From: an uncultured Acidobacteriota bacterium | Lineage (GTDB): Bacteria > Acidobacteriota > Terriglobia > Acidiferrales > UBA7541 | Length of the DNA: 64,000 bases | Reading direction: 5' to 3' | Assembly: GCA_963718785.1 (NCBI GenBank) | Contig: CAVQZW010000007.1 | Coordinates: forward strand, 3,303-67,302 | Shown: positions 39,102-48,200 of the stretch, piece by piece | Layout of the letters: each line of letters opens with the position of its first letter | Numbering within the stretch: position 1 is the stretch's first letter | The notes under the pieces: generated by a model | What the model was told of the DNA's origin: nothing | The model's database searches: none | The model's input: the letters and a program-made list of their open reading frames with translations, nothing else | Made by a program: the position numbers and the translations under genes

Positions 39102-40103
39102 ATGATAACCAAGGCAGTTCGATTCCACGAATTTGGCGGCCCAGAGGTCCTTCGCTTTGAGTCACTGGAGGTCGGCGAGCCTGGGGCGGGCGAAGTGCGC
39201 GTGCGCGTAGAGGCGATCGGGCTGAACCGCGCCGAGGCTGCATTTCGGTCCGGCCGGTACATCGAGAGGGCGGTGTTGCCTGCGCGGCTGGGCTATGAAG
39301 CCGCGGGAATTATCGAGGCGCTTGGCGACGGAGTGAAAGGCTATTCGGTCGGCGAGCAGATTTGCGTGATGCCATCCTTTTCGATGAACAAATACGGTGT
39401 GTACGCGGAGTGCGCCATCCTTCCAGCTTCCGCCATACTAAAACGCCCTGCGGGATTAGGCACGCAAGCGTGCGCATCCATCTGGATGCAGTATTTGACC
39501 GCTTACGGCGCGCTCATCGACATATCCCAAATCGGCGCGGGCGACGCGGTAATCATTACCGCAGCTTCAAGCAGCGTTGGGATCGCCGCGATTCAAATCG
39601 CAAACCACGTCGGCGCAACATCGATTGCCGTGACGCGAACGGCTGCCAAGGAAGCGGAACTGCGAAAATTGGGCGCGGCTCATGTCATCGTTACGGAAAG
39701 GCAGACGCTGGAGAAGGAAGTTCTCCGCATTACCGCCGACAAGGGAGCGAAGGTGGCTTTCGATCCGATTGCGGGACCAATCGTTGTTTCGCTCGCTGCA
39801 GCAATGGCTCGGGGAGGCCGGCTGATTTTGTACGGAAATCTTAGCGGAGAGGCGCAGAACACGATTTTCCCGTTTGGACTCTCCATGTCTCGAGGCTTCA
39901 GCATGCGCGCGTATGTTGTGTTCGAAATCATTGGCGACGCGCAGCGGTTTGAGAAGGCGCGGCTCTTTGTCGAAGAAGGATTACGTGCAGGCTGGCTGAA
40001 ACCTGTCATTGCGAAGACGTTTCCCTTCGACCAGATGGTCGAGGCGCACCGCTATTTGGAAGGCAACGCGCAAATCGGAAAGGTGATTGTCACCGTTCCC
40101 TGA
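39102..40103 (+). CDS. MDR-family NADPH:quinone oxidoreductase-like protein
   Basis: FGGPEVL, IGLNRAE, LGYEAAG, AASSSVG, IGKVIV. Confidence 0.9.
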   Translation: MITKAVRFHEFGGPEVLRFESLEVGEPGAGEVRVRVEAIGLNRAEAAFRSGRYIERAVLPARLGYEAAGIIEALGDGVKGYSVGEQICVMPSFSMNKYGVYAECAILPASAILKRPAGLGTQACASIWMQYLTAYGALIDISQIGAGDAVIITAASSSVGIAAIQIANHVGATSIAVTRTAAKEAELRKLGAAHVIVTERQTLEKEVLRITADKGAKVAFDPIAGPIVVSLAAAMARGGRLILYGNLSGEAQNTIFPFGLSMSRGFSMRAYVVFEIIGDAQRFEKARLFVEEGLRAGWLKPVIAKTFPFDQMVEAHRYLEGNAQIGKVIVTVP

Positions 40104-40156
40104 TCGGGCTTGCCGAGGGGAAGACGCAAGAATTCGTTTTGGGCCGGCGAGCCTCT

Positions 40157-41038
40157 CTAAAGGGAAGCCGCGGAACCACCGAGTCCGAGCAACCGGCAAG
40201 CGTTCTTTTTGAGAATAAGCGAATGGACTTCCGGCCGGAAGCCAGCTTGCTTGAAATCCTCCATCCAGCGGTCAGGAGTGATCAACGGAAAATCCGTGCC
40301 GAAAAGTATTTTGTGCTTGAGCAAAGTGTTGGCGTGCTGCACCAGCGAAGGGGAAAAATATTTGGGCGACCAGCCAGAAAGGTCGATGTAAACGTTTGGT
40401 TTGTGGAGGCAAACGGAAAGAGCTTCGTCCTGCCACGGCCACGAAGGATGGGCGATTACAATTTTCATTTGCGGGAAATCCGCGGCAACATCATCCAGAT
40501 GCATGGGGTTTGAGTATTTCAGCCGCAGCCCTCCCCCGCCGGGCATTCCAGTACCCATGCCGGAATGTCCGCTATGGAAAATCGCCGGGAGTCCGTGTTC
40601 GGCGATGACTTCGTACATCGGATAGGCCATACGATCGTTCGGAAAAAAACCCTGGCAAGTTGGATGGAATTTGAATCCCTTCACACCATGATCGGCGAAC
40701 AGGCGACGCATTTCGCGCACGCCGAGCTTGCCTTTGTGGGGATCAACGCTGGCGAAAGCGATCATGATGTCGGGATTCGCCGCTGCGGCTTCCGCCACTT
40801 CTTCGTTGGGAATTCGCCGACGGCCCATTTCGAACTCGCTATCCACCGAGAACATGACCAGCCCAATTTTGCGGCTGCGATAGTATTCGATGGTCTCTGC
40901 GATGGTCGGAAGTTTTCCAGACTTGAAGTATTTCACCTTCGCGTCATCGAATTCCTTGCCGAATTCGTCGAACGGCTGATGACAAGAGACTTCTGCGTGG
41001 GTGTGAACATCGATGGCAACGAGTTCCGCTACGTTCAT
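40157..41038 (-). CDS. couO: Amidohydrolase_2, CouO-like 4-hydroxyphenyl-beta-ketoacyl-CoA hydrolase (HpeF-equivalent)
   Basis: AIDVHTHAE, FKFHP, FHSGHSGMG, AHPSWPWQDEA, DLSGWSPKYF, FGTDFP. Confidence 0.8.
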   Translation of the reverse strand: MNVAELVAIDVHTHAEVSCHQPFDEFGKEFDDAKVKYFKSGKLPTIAETIEYYRSRKIGLVMFSVDSEFEMGRRRIPNEEVAEAAAANPDIMIAFASVDPHKGKLGVREMRRLFADHGVKGFKFHPTCQGFFPNDRMAYPMYEVIAEHGLPAIFHSGHSGMGTGMPGGGGLRLKYSNPMHLDDVAADFPQMKIVIAHPSWPWQDEALSVCLHKPNVYIDLSGWSPKYFSPSLVQHANTLLKHKILFGTDFPLITPDRWMEDFKQAGFRPEVHSLILKKNACRLLGLGGSAASL

Positions 41039-41913
41039 GATTGGCCTTTGTAGAGCGAGAGAAGTTCGCCCACGTCGTGGACGGATAGATGTGGACGCTG
41101 TTTCTTTGGCAAGTGCGCGTAGGAATCGGCCGCGCCAACGCCAGTGCTAACCGCCACAGCCAGCGCACCGCCGCGGAGCGCCATGGGGATTTCCAGCGAA
41201 GGATCATCGCCGACTACGGCGAGTTCTTTAGTGCGCAGGCCGAGTTGCCGGGCCGCGCACCACAACGCCTCGAGCGATGGCTTGCCGATGACATGTATGC
41301 GAGCGCCGGTGAGATCCTTGATCATCGCGGAGATCGCACGCGAAGTGCCAAGTGCTTTACCGTTGGCCGTGGCGAAAAAAAGGGACTGCGAGCAGCTATA
41401 GACCTTCGCGCCGCTCCATGCCGCGTAGCAAGCGGCTTCCAGCGCGCTCATTGTGAATTCACGGAACCAGCCGACCAGCACGGTGTCGACTTCGGGTTTG
41501 CCCTCCGGCTCCACAATTTCCATGCCCGCATCGCGGAGAGGTTTCTGGAGGCCGTCGCCGCCCAGCGCAAGCACGCGTTTGTAACCGCAGCGGCGAAAAT
41601 AATCGGCCGCGCTGCTTGCCGGCGTCATCACGCCATTGTCCGGGAGGGGAAAACCAACGTCGCGGAGCATTCCGACATATTCCCGCGGTGTTCGCGCCGT
41701 TCCATTGGTAAACAGAACGAATGGCACCCCGCGTCCTTCGAGAAACCGCGTGATTTCCAGCGCTCCAGGCAGCGGTTTTAGGCCGTGATTGCTCTTGTCG
41801 CCCAGAACCAGAGTACCGTCCATATCGAACAGAAAACCACGCGAATGACGCAATCGTTTGATTGCGGCAAGGGGATGCGCGGGAACACCGGGCTTTGCGA
41901 CTTTCTTAGGCAC
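41035..41913 (-). CDS. HAD-IIA (NagD-like) phosphatase (HpeD/AcvF-equivalent)
   Basis: FDMDGTL, FTNGT, GKPS, VVGDD; GTG 41913 overlaps the upstream stop. Confidence 0.88.
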   Translation of the reverse strand: MPKKVAKPGVPAHPLAAIKRLRHSRGFLFDMDGTLVLGDKSNHGLKPLPGALEITRFLEGRGVPFVLFTNGTARTPREYVGMLRDVGFPLPDNGVMTPASSAADYFRRCGYKRVLALGGDGLQKPLRDAGMEIVEPEGKPEVDTVLVGWFREFTMSALEAACYAAWSGAKVYSCSQSLFFATANGKALGTSRAISAMIKDLTGARIHVIGKPSLEALWCAARQLGLRTKELAVVGDDPSLEIPMALRGGALAVAVSTGVGAADSYAHLPKKQRPHLSVHDVGELLSLYKGQS

Positions 41914-43393
41914 TAGCTGCCTCGCGCTCTGGCGAACTGCGCAGCTCCAAACGGAAATCGCGTTTTTCAATGACGATATGGGAAGCCTTGGGGCGGATCT
42001 GCAGTCCGCGCAGTAGTTTGAAAACGGGCTGCATGTCCGGATTGTAATGCCGACGCGCGGGGCCGGCGACCAGCATCGCGTCCACTTCTTGCGCAGGCAT
42101 CGCCGCGCGCAGTAAGAACTCATCGTCAGAAATTCCGGGCGCGAACTGCTTGCGCAATTCTTCTGGCGGTAACGGCAGCGGTTCGGCCGCCAACTCTTTG
42201 GCACGCGGGCGATTGAGAATGAGGTCCTTCACGTTCTCATCCACTGGGACGGTGGGGCGGCCGAATCTTCCGAGCACGTAGCGGATCACTTGGTCGGAAA
42301 CGTTGCCATAGCGCTCGGAACCGATGATGTTATAAAGCGCCTGCGTGCAAACGATCTGCGGGAACGGCGTGACCATGATCGGGTAACCAAGCTCGGCGCG
42401 AACCTGGACGACTTCGCGCATGACATCGGCAAATCTGTTTTCAAAGCCCAGTTCGGCAAGCTGGCGACGCGTCGTGGTCAAAACGCCGCCGGCGACCTGG
42501 TGGCGCAGGAACGAGGCATCGTATTCTTGCGGCGTACCCGCCGGGAGATTCTCCGCTTCTGTCAGCCGCGCGAAGTAGTCGGCGACCTTCGCGAGTGCGC
42601 GATCGTCGACGTTGACTGTGTGGCCCAGCTCACGCAGATTTGCCACCACTCTCTGTGCATTGGGGAGCGAAGATCCGTTCGCCAGCGGGCCACAGGCGAC
42701 TTGCAAGACTTCCACACCGAGCTCCGCCGCAACCATATAGCTAATGGGCGAAAGGCCAATCGTACAATGCGAATGAAGTTCCAGGGGCTTTGCGCCCAGT
42801 TGCGCACGAACTGCGGGAATCAGAGTGCGCGCGCGCTCGGGCCTCAGCAGCCCTGACGGGTCCTTTATATAAGCACGATCGACGTGCGGTGATTTCGCCA
42901 CTCGCGCGGCAAGCTTAGCGTAGAACCCGTCGTCGTGCACGTCGCTGATGGTATATGTCAGGGCCGCGATAATCTCCGTGGCGCCAGCTTTTCGAATCAT
43001 CCGCGCGGACTCGAGCAAAGCTTCGACATCATGCATTGGATCAAGAACGACAAATCGCGAGATCCCATTGGCGACCAGCCGGTCATAGACGATCTGCATG
43101 AAATCGGGATGCTGGCCTTCCCAAGAGATGAAGCGGAGTCCAGTGCCAATGAACTGCAGCGGCGTATTGGGCATCGCAGAGCGCGCCAGGCGAATGCGTT
43201 CCCAAGGATTTTCCTTGTGCGTTCGCACGGCAACGCCCATGTGCGTGCTCGATGTAAAGTCCAGCGCGCGGAATCCCACACGATCCATCACGGGAGCAAT
43301 CGCCAGGATTTGCGAGGTTGTAAATCCAATCGCCCCCCACAAACTCTGGTTGCCGTCCCGTATTGAAACATCGAGAAGTTGAATGTCCGCCAT
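41906..43393 (-). CDS. Carboxyltransferase subunit, PycB/OadA-like, without a biotinyl domain (HpeA/AcvE-equivalent)
   Basis: DVSIRDGNQSL, YIKDPSG, HSHCT, YPIMVTPFPQIV. Confidence 0.88.
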   Translation of the reverse strand: MADIQLLDVSIRDGNQSLWGAIGFTTSQILAIAPVMDRVGFRALDFTSSTHMGVAVRTHKENPWERIRLARSAMPNTPLQFIGTGLRFISWEGQHPDFMQIVYDRLVANGISRFVVLDPMHDVEALLESARMIRKAGATEIIAALTYTISDVHDDGFYAKLAARVAKSPHVDRAYIKDPSGLLRPERARTLIPAVRAQLGAKPLELHSHCTIGLSPISYMVAAELGVEVLQVACGPLANGSSLPNAQRVVANLRELGHTVNVDDRALAKVADYFARLTEAENLPAGTPQEYDASFLRHQVAGGVLTTTRRQLAELGFENRFADVMREVVQVRAELGYPIMVTPFPQIVCTQALYNIIGSERYGNVSDQVIRYVLGRFGRPTVPVDENVKDLILNRPRAKELAAEPLPLPPEELRKQFAPGISDDEFLLRAAMPAQEVDAMLVAGPARRHYNPDMQPVFKLLRGLQIRPKASHIVIEKRDFRLELRSSPEREAASA

Positions 43394-43429
43394 TTCAGTC
43401 CGTGGCACCAAGCGCTTTATTCCGTGTTC

Positions 43430-44788
43430 TCACGCTGCCCCCATATTTCTATTCTGGAGGAATTGCCCCAGGAAAGCAGTGTTCATACCGCCGCGAGCAA
43501 ATTCGCTTTCCCGCATCAACTCGGCATGCATCAGCAGATTTGTGGAGACACCTATGATCTCCATGTTTGCAAGAGCTTGACGCATTTTGCGAAGCGATTC
43601 TTTCCGGTCCGCGCCATGAATGATCAGCTTGCCCAGGAGCGAGTCGTAAAAAGGAGGCACTTTCGAACCCGCTTGGATGTGCGTGTCCATGCGAATTCCC
43701 TGTCCTGCTGGAAAAACGGCATGCGTCACCGTACCGGGGCTCGGACAAAAATCATGTTCCCAGTCTTCCGCGTTGATGCGGCACTCGATGGCGTGGCCGG
43801 AGAACTTCAGTTCATCCTGCTTCCAGCGCAGCTTGCGGCCCTCGGCGACGGCGATCTGCTCCTCCACGAGATCCAGACCACAAATCGCCTCCGTAACAGG
43901 GTGCTCGACTTGGATTCGTGCGTTCATTTCCAAAAAATAAAATGCGTCGCGATCGCAATCCACGAGAAATTCCACAGTGCCCATTCCCCGGTATTTCAGG
44001 TGTCTCGCGAAGGCAACAGCCGCGAGATGCATCTCCTCGCGAAGAGTTTCGCTGATATTCGGGGCCGGCGCTTCTTCCACAAGTTTTTGGTAGCGCCGCT
44101 GAACTGAGCAGTCGCGCGTGCCGAGGTGAATCACATTTTCGCCGTCGCCAAGCACTTGCACTTCGATGTGGCGGCCATGCGAGATAAAGCGCTCGACGTA
44201 TAGACGCGGATCGCCGAAGCTTGCCAGTGCTTCCGCTGTCGCCAATTCCATCGCCTCAGCTAGCTTGCCGGCGTCAGTTACTTGTTTCATGCCGCGGCCG
44301 CCGCCACCGCCAACGGCCTTAATCAGGATTGGCCAGCCAATCTTGTCGGCAAGCTGCCGCGCTTCAACGAGGCTCCGCACTTCGCCGCCGGGAACGCCAT
44401 GTAGTCCCGCGGCAGTGGCGTGCGCACGGGCTTTAAGTTTGTCGCCAACGGCATCGAGCTGCTCGACCGTAGGACCGATGAAGAAGATCCCAGCATGGTT
44501 GCATGCGGAGGCGAATCTTTGATTCTCGGAAAGAAAACCGTACCCGGGATGAATCGCATCGGCCTTGCTCGCCACAGCGGCGGCGACGATTGCTTCCACG
44601 TTTAAGTAGCTGGCAGCGGAATTTGCCGGACCTATGCAAATCGTGCTGTCAGCCAGTCTCGCCCCCATGGAATCCAGATCCGCTTCGGATGCAGCCAGTA
44701 CAGTTTCAATGCCGAGGGTCTGGCAAGTTCGAATCACGCGCACGGCGATTTCGCCGCGATTGGCGATCAGGATGCGCCGCAGCGTCAT
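43430..44788 (-). CDS. accC: Biotin carboxylase subunit (HpeB/AcvD-equivalent)
   Basis: LIANRGEIAVR, HPGYGFLSEN, GGGGRGM, EMNARIQVEHPVTE, YDSLLGKLI. Confidence 0.95.
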   Translation of the reverse strand: MTLRRILIANRGEIAVRVIRTCQTLGIETVLAASEADLDSMGARLADSTICIGPANSAASYLNVEAIVAAAVASKADAIHPGYGFLSENQRFASACNHAGIFFIGPTVEQLDAVGDKLKARAHATAAGLHGVPGGEVRSLVEARQLADKIGWPILIKAVGGGGGRGMKQVTDAGKLAEAMELATAEALASFGDPRLYVERFISHGRHIEVQVLGDGENVIHLGTRDCSVQRRYQKLVEEAPAPNISETLREEMHLAAVAFARHLKYRGMGTVEFLVDCDRDAFYFLEMNARIQVEHPVTEAICGLDLVEEQIAVAEGRKLRWKQDELKFSGHAIECRINAEDWEHDFCPSPGTVTHAVFPAGQGIRMDTHIQAGSKVPPFYDSLLGKLIIHGADRKESLRKMRQALANMEIIGVSTNLLMHAELMRESEFARGGMNTAFLGQFLQNRNMGAA

Positions 44789-45282
44789 GCGACTCCCGGC
44801 TTGATGCGCATCAATACTGCATCCTTCTCGGCAAACTGCGCGTTGTCGCAGCAAATCTCGACGACTTCGCCGCACGTTTCTGCGTGAACCGCGTTCATCA
44901 GTTTCATCGTCTCGATGATGCCTACGACTGTGTCCGCTTCCACCTGACTCCCGATTTCAACGAACGGAAGAGCCCCCGGCTTTGGTGCGCGATAAAACGT
45001 GCCCGGAAGGTGTGCGCGAACGTCCGTCCACACAACGTCGCGTGGGTCTCGTGGAGCTTTCGCAGCCGATGGAGCGGCGCTGTTCAGAACGGCGGACAAA
45101 TCAGGCGAGCCCTGCACTACATTCGGCGCCGAGAGCACTTGAGTTTCCTGAGTCCAGTCTCCGCTGGCGAGGTTGCGGCGTAGCGTCAGCTTGAAGCGCT
45201 CGGTTTCCAGATGCAGCTCATCATATTTCGCAGCGTCGAGCAGTTGCAGAATCTGCTGCACATCCTCGTTGGTTAACTTCAT
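44785..45282 (-). CDS. accB: Biotin carboxyl carrier protein (HpeC/AcvC-equivalent)
   Basis: GTFYRAPKPGA; IIETMKLM biotinylation motif. Confidence 0.93.
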   Translation of the reverse strand: MKLTNEDVQQILQLLDAAKYDELHLETERFKLTLRRNLASGDWTQETQVLSAPNVVQGSPDLSAVLNSAAPSAAKAPRDPRDVVWTDVRAHLPGTFYRAPKPGALPFVEIGSQVEADTVVGIIETMKLMNAVHAETCGEVVEICCDNAQFAEKDAVLMRIKPGVA

Positions 45283-46364
45283 TTTTTTCCGGCTCCTCCG
45301 CTGAGGAGCGAAAACACATGATCGAATGGTTTGCCTTTAGGCGCGGCCACCGGCGCCGCATCCTTTGCTGCCCAAACCGTTTCCGGCCGGCTCTGCAACA
45401 GAAACACATTTTCGCTTGGCGGACAATTCCGCGCGATGGCCCACTCGATATCTTGTGGGCAGCCATAATGACGCTCGACCCGCTTCGCAATGTCAACGAG
45501 GCTGTGGAGCTCGTCGTCGCTAAGGCATGGAGCGTTTTGCTTCTCAACCGGGACTTCTTCGTCGATCACTCCTGCGCCCGCCGCGTTGGGCCGGTGCTGG
45601 CGCAACTTGCATGACACCGTGCGGCTCATAATCTCGCCAGTAATCTTCCCGACGACATATTTGTCAGGCGTGACTTCCCCACTGACAACAGCCGAGCCCA
45701 ACCCCCAGCTTGCCTCCACCACCACGACGGAACGATCACCCGTGTTCGGGCTTCGCGTGAATATCACTCCAGAGCAGCGCGAGTCGATCATGCGCTGAAT
45801 CACCACTCCCATCGCCAAACCCTGTTCGGGCAACTTCAATCTCCGTCGGTACATCACCGACTCCACCGCGTACAAACTTGCCCAGCATTTGCGCACGTGT
45901 TCGATGACAGAATCAGCGCCGCGCACCCAGAGGTACGTGTCTTGCAGTCCAGCGAAACTCGCATCGGCGCTGTCCTCGCTCGTTGCGCTCGAGCGAATAG
46001 CAACCGGCTCACCCGGCCCGTCGTTGCCGGCACGTGTTTGAAGTTCTTCATAGTGCGCGCTTATATTCGTTTGCAAATCCTCGGGCAATGCCGCGCTTTC
46101 GAGTCGTACCCTCACTTCAACTCCGACGCGCGAGCAAGCAGCGTGATCATCTGGCGCCAATTGTTCGATTTCGCGCCGTATCGAGCCAGCGGGATCAATG
46201 GCCGTCAAGAACCGCTCAAAGGCCGCCGTCGTCACTACACACCCAGGCGGCACGCGAATGCCCGCGCGGGCCAATTCTCCGAGACTGGCGCCTTTGCCGC
46301 CGACGGTCGGCCGGTCAGCAATGCCGATTTCCTCGAAGCGGCTTATGAGATTATGACTCGTCAA
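45279..46364 (-). CDS. Stand-alone PEP/pyruvate-binding ATP-grasp subunit, phenylphosphate synthase beta-like (HpeI/AcvB-equivalent)
   Basis: VGGKGASLGEL, AIRSSATSEDSADASFAG, PQDIEWAI, LLQSRPET; no swivel or pyruvate domain. Confidence 0.88.
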   Translation of the reverse strand: MTSHNLISRFEEIGIADRPTVGGKGASLGELARAGIRVPPGCVVTTAAFERFLTAIDPAGSIRREIEQLAPDDHAACSRVGVEVRVRLESAALPEDLQTNISAHYEELQTRAGNDGPGEPVAIRSSATSEDSADASFAGLQDTYLWVRGADSVIEHVRKCWASLYAVESVMYRRRLKLPEQGLAMGVVIQRMIDSRCSGVIFTRSPNTGDRSVVVVEASWGLGSAVVSGEVTPDKYVVGKITGEIMSRTVSCKLRQHRPNAAGAGVIDEEVPVEKQNAPCLSDDELHSLVDIAKRVERHYGCPQDIEWAIARNCPPSENVFLLQSRPETVWAAKDAAPVAAPKGKPFDHVFSLLSGGAGKK

Positions 46365-46376
46365 ATCGATCCTCTC

Positions 46377-48200
46377 TTAATCCAGAATCCACACGATCCC
46401 GCGGTTTCCATCCACTCGAAGCCGTTGCCCCGTCTTAATGCGCTGCGTGGCTTGGCCAGTACCGACCACGGCAGGCAATCCATATTCGCGCGCGACGATC
46501 GCAGCGTGAGACATTGTCCCGCCAATGTCGGAGACTGCCGCCTTTATTTTGCCGAAGACCGGCCCCCAACTCGGCGCGGTCACGGGACAAACCAAAATTT
46601 CGCCTTCGCGAATCTGCCCGATCTCGTTCACGTTTTTAAGCACGCGCGCAATGCCTTCCACGACGCCGGGTGACGCTGCAAATCCGACAATTTCATTTTC
46701 ATGTCCGGCTTCTACCGTCGCCGACCAGGATTCCAAGGTCTCCGAAGTGATTCCCCAAAGCATCTGTAAAGCAGGGTCGTTGATCTGCGGAGGAATCGGC
46801 CCCAGAGCTGGCGGCGGGTTCCATTCCTTCAACCTCTCGACGATACATTTGCGCGCTTCCACAATCGGACGCCAGTGAGCAGCGCCAAGTGGTTTGCCGC
46901 CGCCCGCCCACGCAAGACTCACGTCGGCCAGCGCGCGCTCGACCTCGACGTACTGCAAATGAAACACGTCGCTCGCATCGGCCAGCACTCCATAAGTAAC
47001 CAGCAACGCGCCGAATTCCTTCACTTTCTTGAAGAAAAGGCTCGTGAACCAATGCTCGCAATAAAATTTGTGGTTCTCCACGAACGGAAAGACGAGGTGA
47101 GATAGGCCGAGCATCTGATCGAACGCCTGCCGCTCCTCTTCGCTCATCAGCAACTCACGATACTCGGCGATGATGCGCCCGCGTTCTTCTTTCAGCCGTT
47201 CCGTGGGGCGTTCCAGGGATTCGCCGCGCCGCAACTGTTCCACATAGCGTGGCAAAGCCGCGAACGGAACAGACAGATCGTCATTCCAGCTCAAGTGATG
47301 GTGATAGAAACCATCTCCCGTGGACATGTTGAACCACGGCTCGCGCGACTTATCGAGTTCAGTCAGCCACCGCTTGCCGGCATCCCCACGGCCACCCAGC
47401 TCATGCAGCACCTTTTTCGCATCGCAATCGGCAGTAAACAAATCGTCCACACCAAACTCAATGGCTAATTTCGCCAGGCGCTTAAGCTCGTCGTCCGGCC
47501 GGAACATCAGCACGTCGATGCCGGCCACCATTCGCGCCACCGTCTGATCTGCCGTCTCCGGGAAAGCTTTCTTGCAAAAATCGAAAAACACCATGTAGGC
47601 GCCATAACCCAGCATCAACATTTCGAAATGGTGGTGCCACATTTTGGAGAACAACTCGATCGTGCGGTGAAAATTCTCGCGGATGTAATGGTTTTGGCCC
47701 AGCCCCTTCGCCTTCGTCACCACTTCCGCTTCATCGAACTCCGGCAACATCGGCACCTTGATCGCTTCGAGTTCGTGGATCAGATTCTCCATGCGAACTT
47801 TCCACTCGCCGAATATCCGGTTCCAATTCTCGTAGTAGTAGCCGGCCCGCTCCTGGAAAATCGCAAGCCGCCGCTGAATCTCCGCCGGATCGGTAACCGG
47901 GTTCGCCGTAATGTAAATGCGGCCGTTGACGATACGGTGCTCAATGCCCATCGTCGTCGGGAACACAAAAATGCGCGTCGTAAACGCGCCGAGTGCCTCG
48001 TAAGGAATCTCCGCTGTCAGCGCATCGAACGCTGGCATCGGCTCGGGAAAGTGCATCGCGTTATAAAACCAGAAGCGCTGATCATCTTCGGGCTGAAACC
48101 GCGTGTAATACGGATACATCGACTGCCAGCCCTCCGTGCCCGGTACATCGGCTATTTGGGAAGGCAACGTAAAGCTGCGGCTCTTGCTATCAACGCCCAT
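46377..48200 (-). CDS. Substrate-binding + phosphohistidine swivel subunit, phenylphosphate synthase alpha-like (HpeH/AcvA-equivalent)
   Basis: C-terminal GFAASPGVVEG...DIGGTMSHAAIVAREYGLPAVVG; N-terminal WFYNAMHFPEP. Confidence 0.88.
   Translation of the reverse strand: MGVDSKSRSFTLPSQIADVPGTEGWQSMYPYYTRFQPEDDQRFWFYNAMHFPEPMPAFDALTAEIPYEALGAFTTRIFVFPTTMGIEHRIVNGRIYITANPVTDPAEIQRRLAIFQERAGYYYENWNRIFGEWKVRMENLIHELEAIKVPMLPEFDEAEVVTKAKGLGQNHYIRENFHRTIELFSKMWHHHFEMLMLGYGAYMVFFDFCKKAFPETADQTVARMVAGIDVLMFRPDDELKRLAKLAIEFGVDDLFTADCDAKKVLHELGGRGDAGKRWLTELDKSREPWFNMSTGDGFYHHHLSWNDDLSVPFAALPRYVEQLRRGESLERPTERLKEERGRIIAEYRELLMSEEERQAFDQMLGLSHLVFPFVENHKFYCEHWFTSLFFKKVKEFGALLVTYGVLADASDVFHLQYVEVERALADVSLAWAGGGKPLGAAHWRPIVEARKCIVERLKEWNPPPALGPIPPQINDPALQMLWGITSETLESWSATVEAGHENEIVGFAASPGVVEGIARVLKNVNEIGQIREGEILVCPVTAPSWGPVFGKIKAAVSDIGGTMSHAAIVAREYGLPAVVGTGQATQRIKTGQRLRVDGNRGIVWILD

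Noticed and set aside
41914-42204. Long N-terminal extension of the HAD ORF
   Set aside because: It overlaps the carboxyltransferase coding region; GTG 41913 gives a normal coupled start.
41906-45282. Ordinary acetyl-CoA or pyruvate carboxylase
   Set aside because: No accA/accD; the carboxyltransferase motif is RDGNQSL with no fused biotinyl domain; it is embedded in a catabolic operon.
45279-48200. Housekeeping PEP synthase, rifampicin phosphotransferase, or anaerobic phenol pathway
   Set aside because: The enzyme is split and lacks the pyruvate-binding barrel; no UbiD-type phenylphosphate carboxylase is present; neighbours are a biotin carboxylase, HAD and CouO-like genes.
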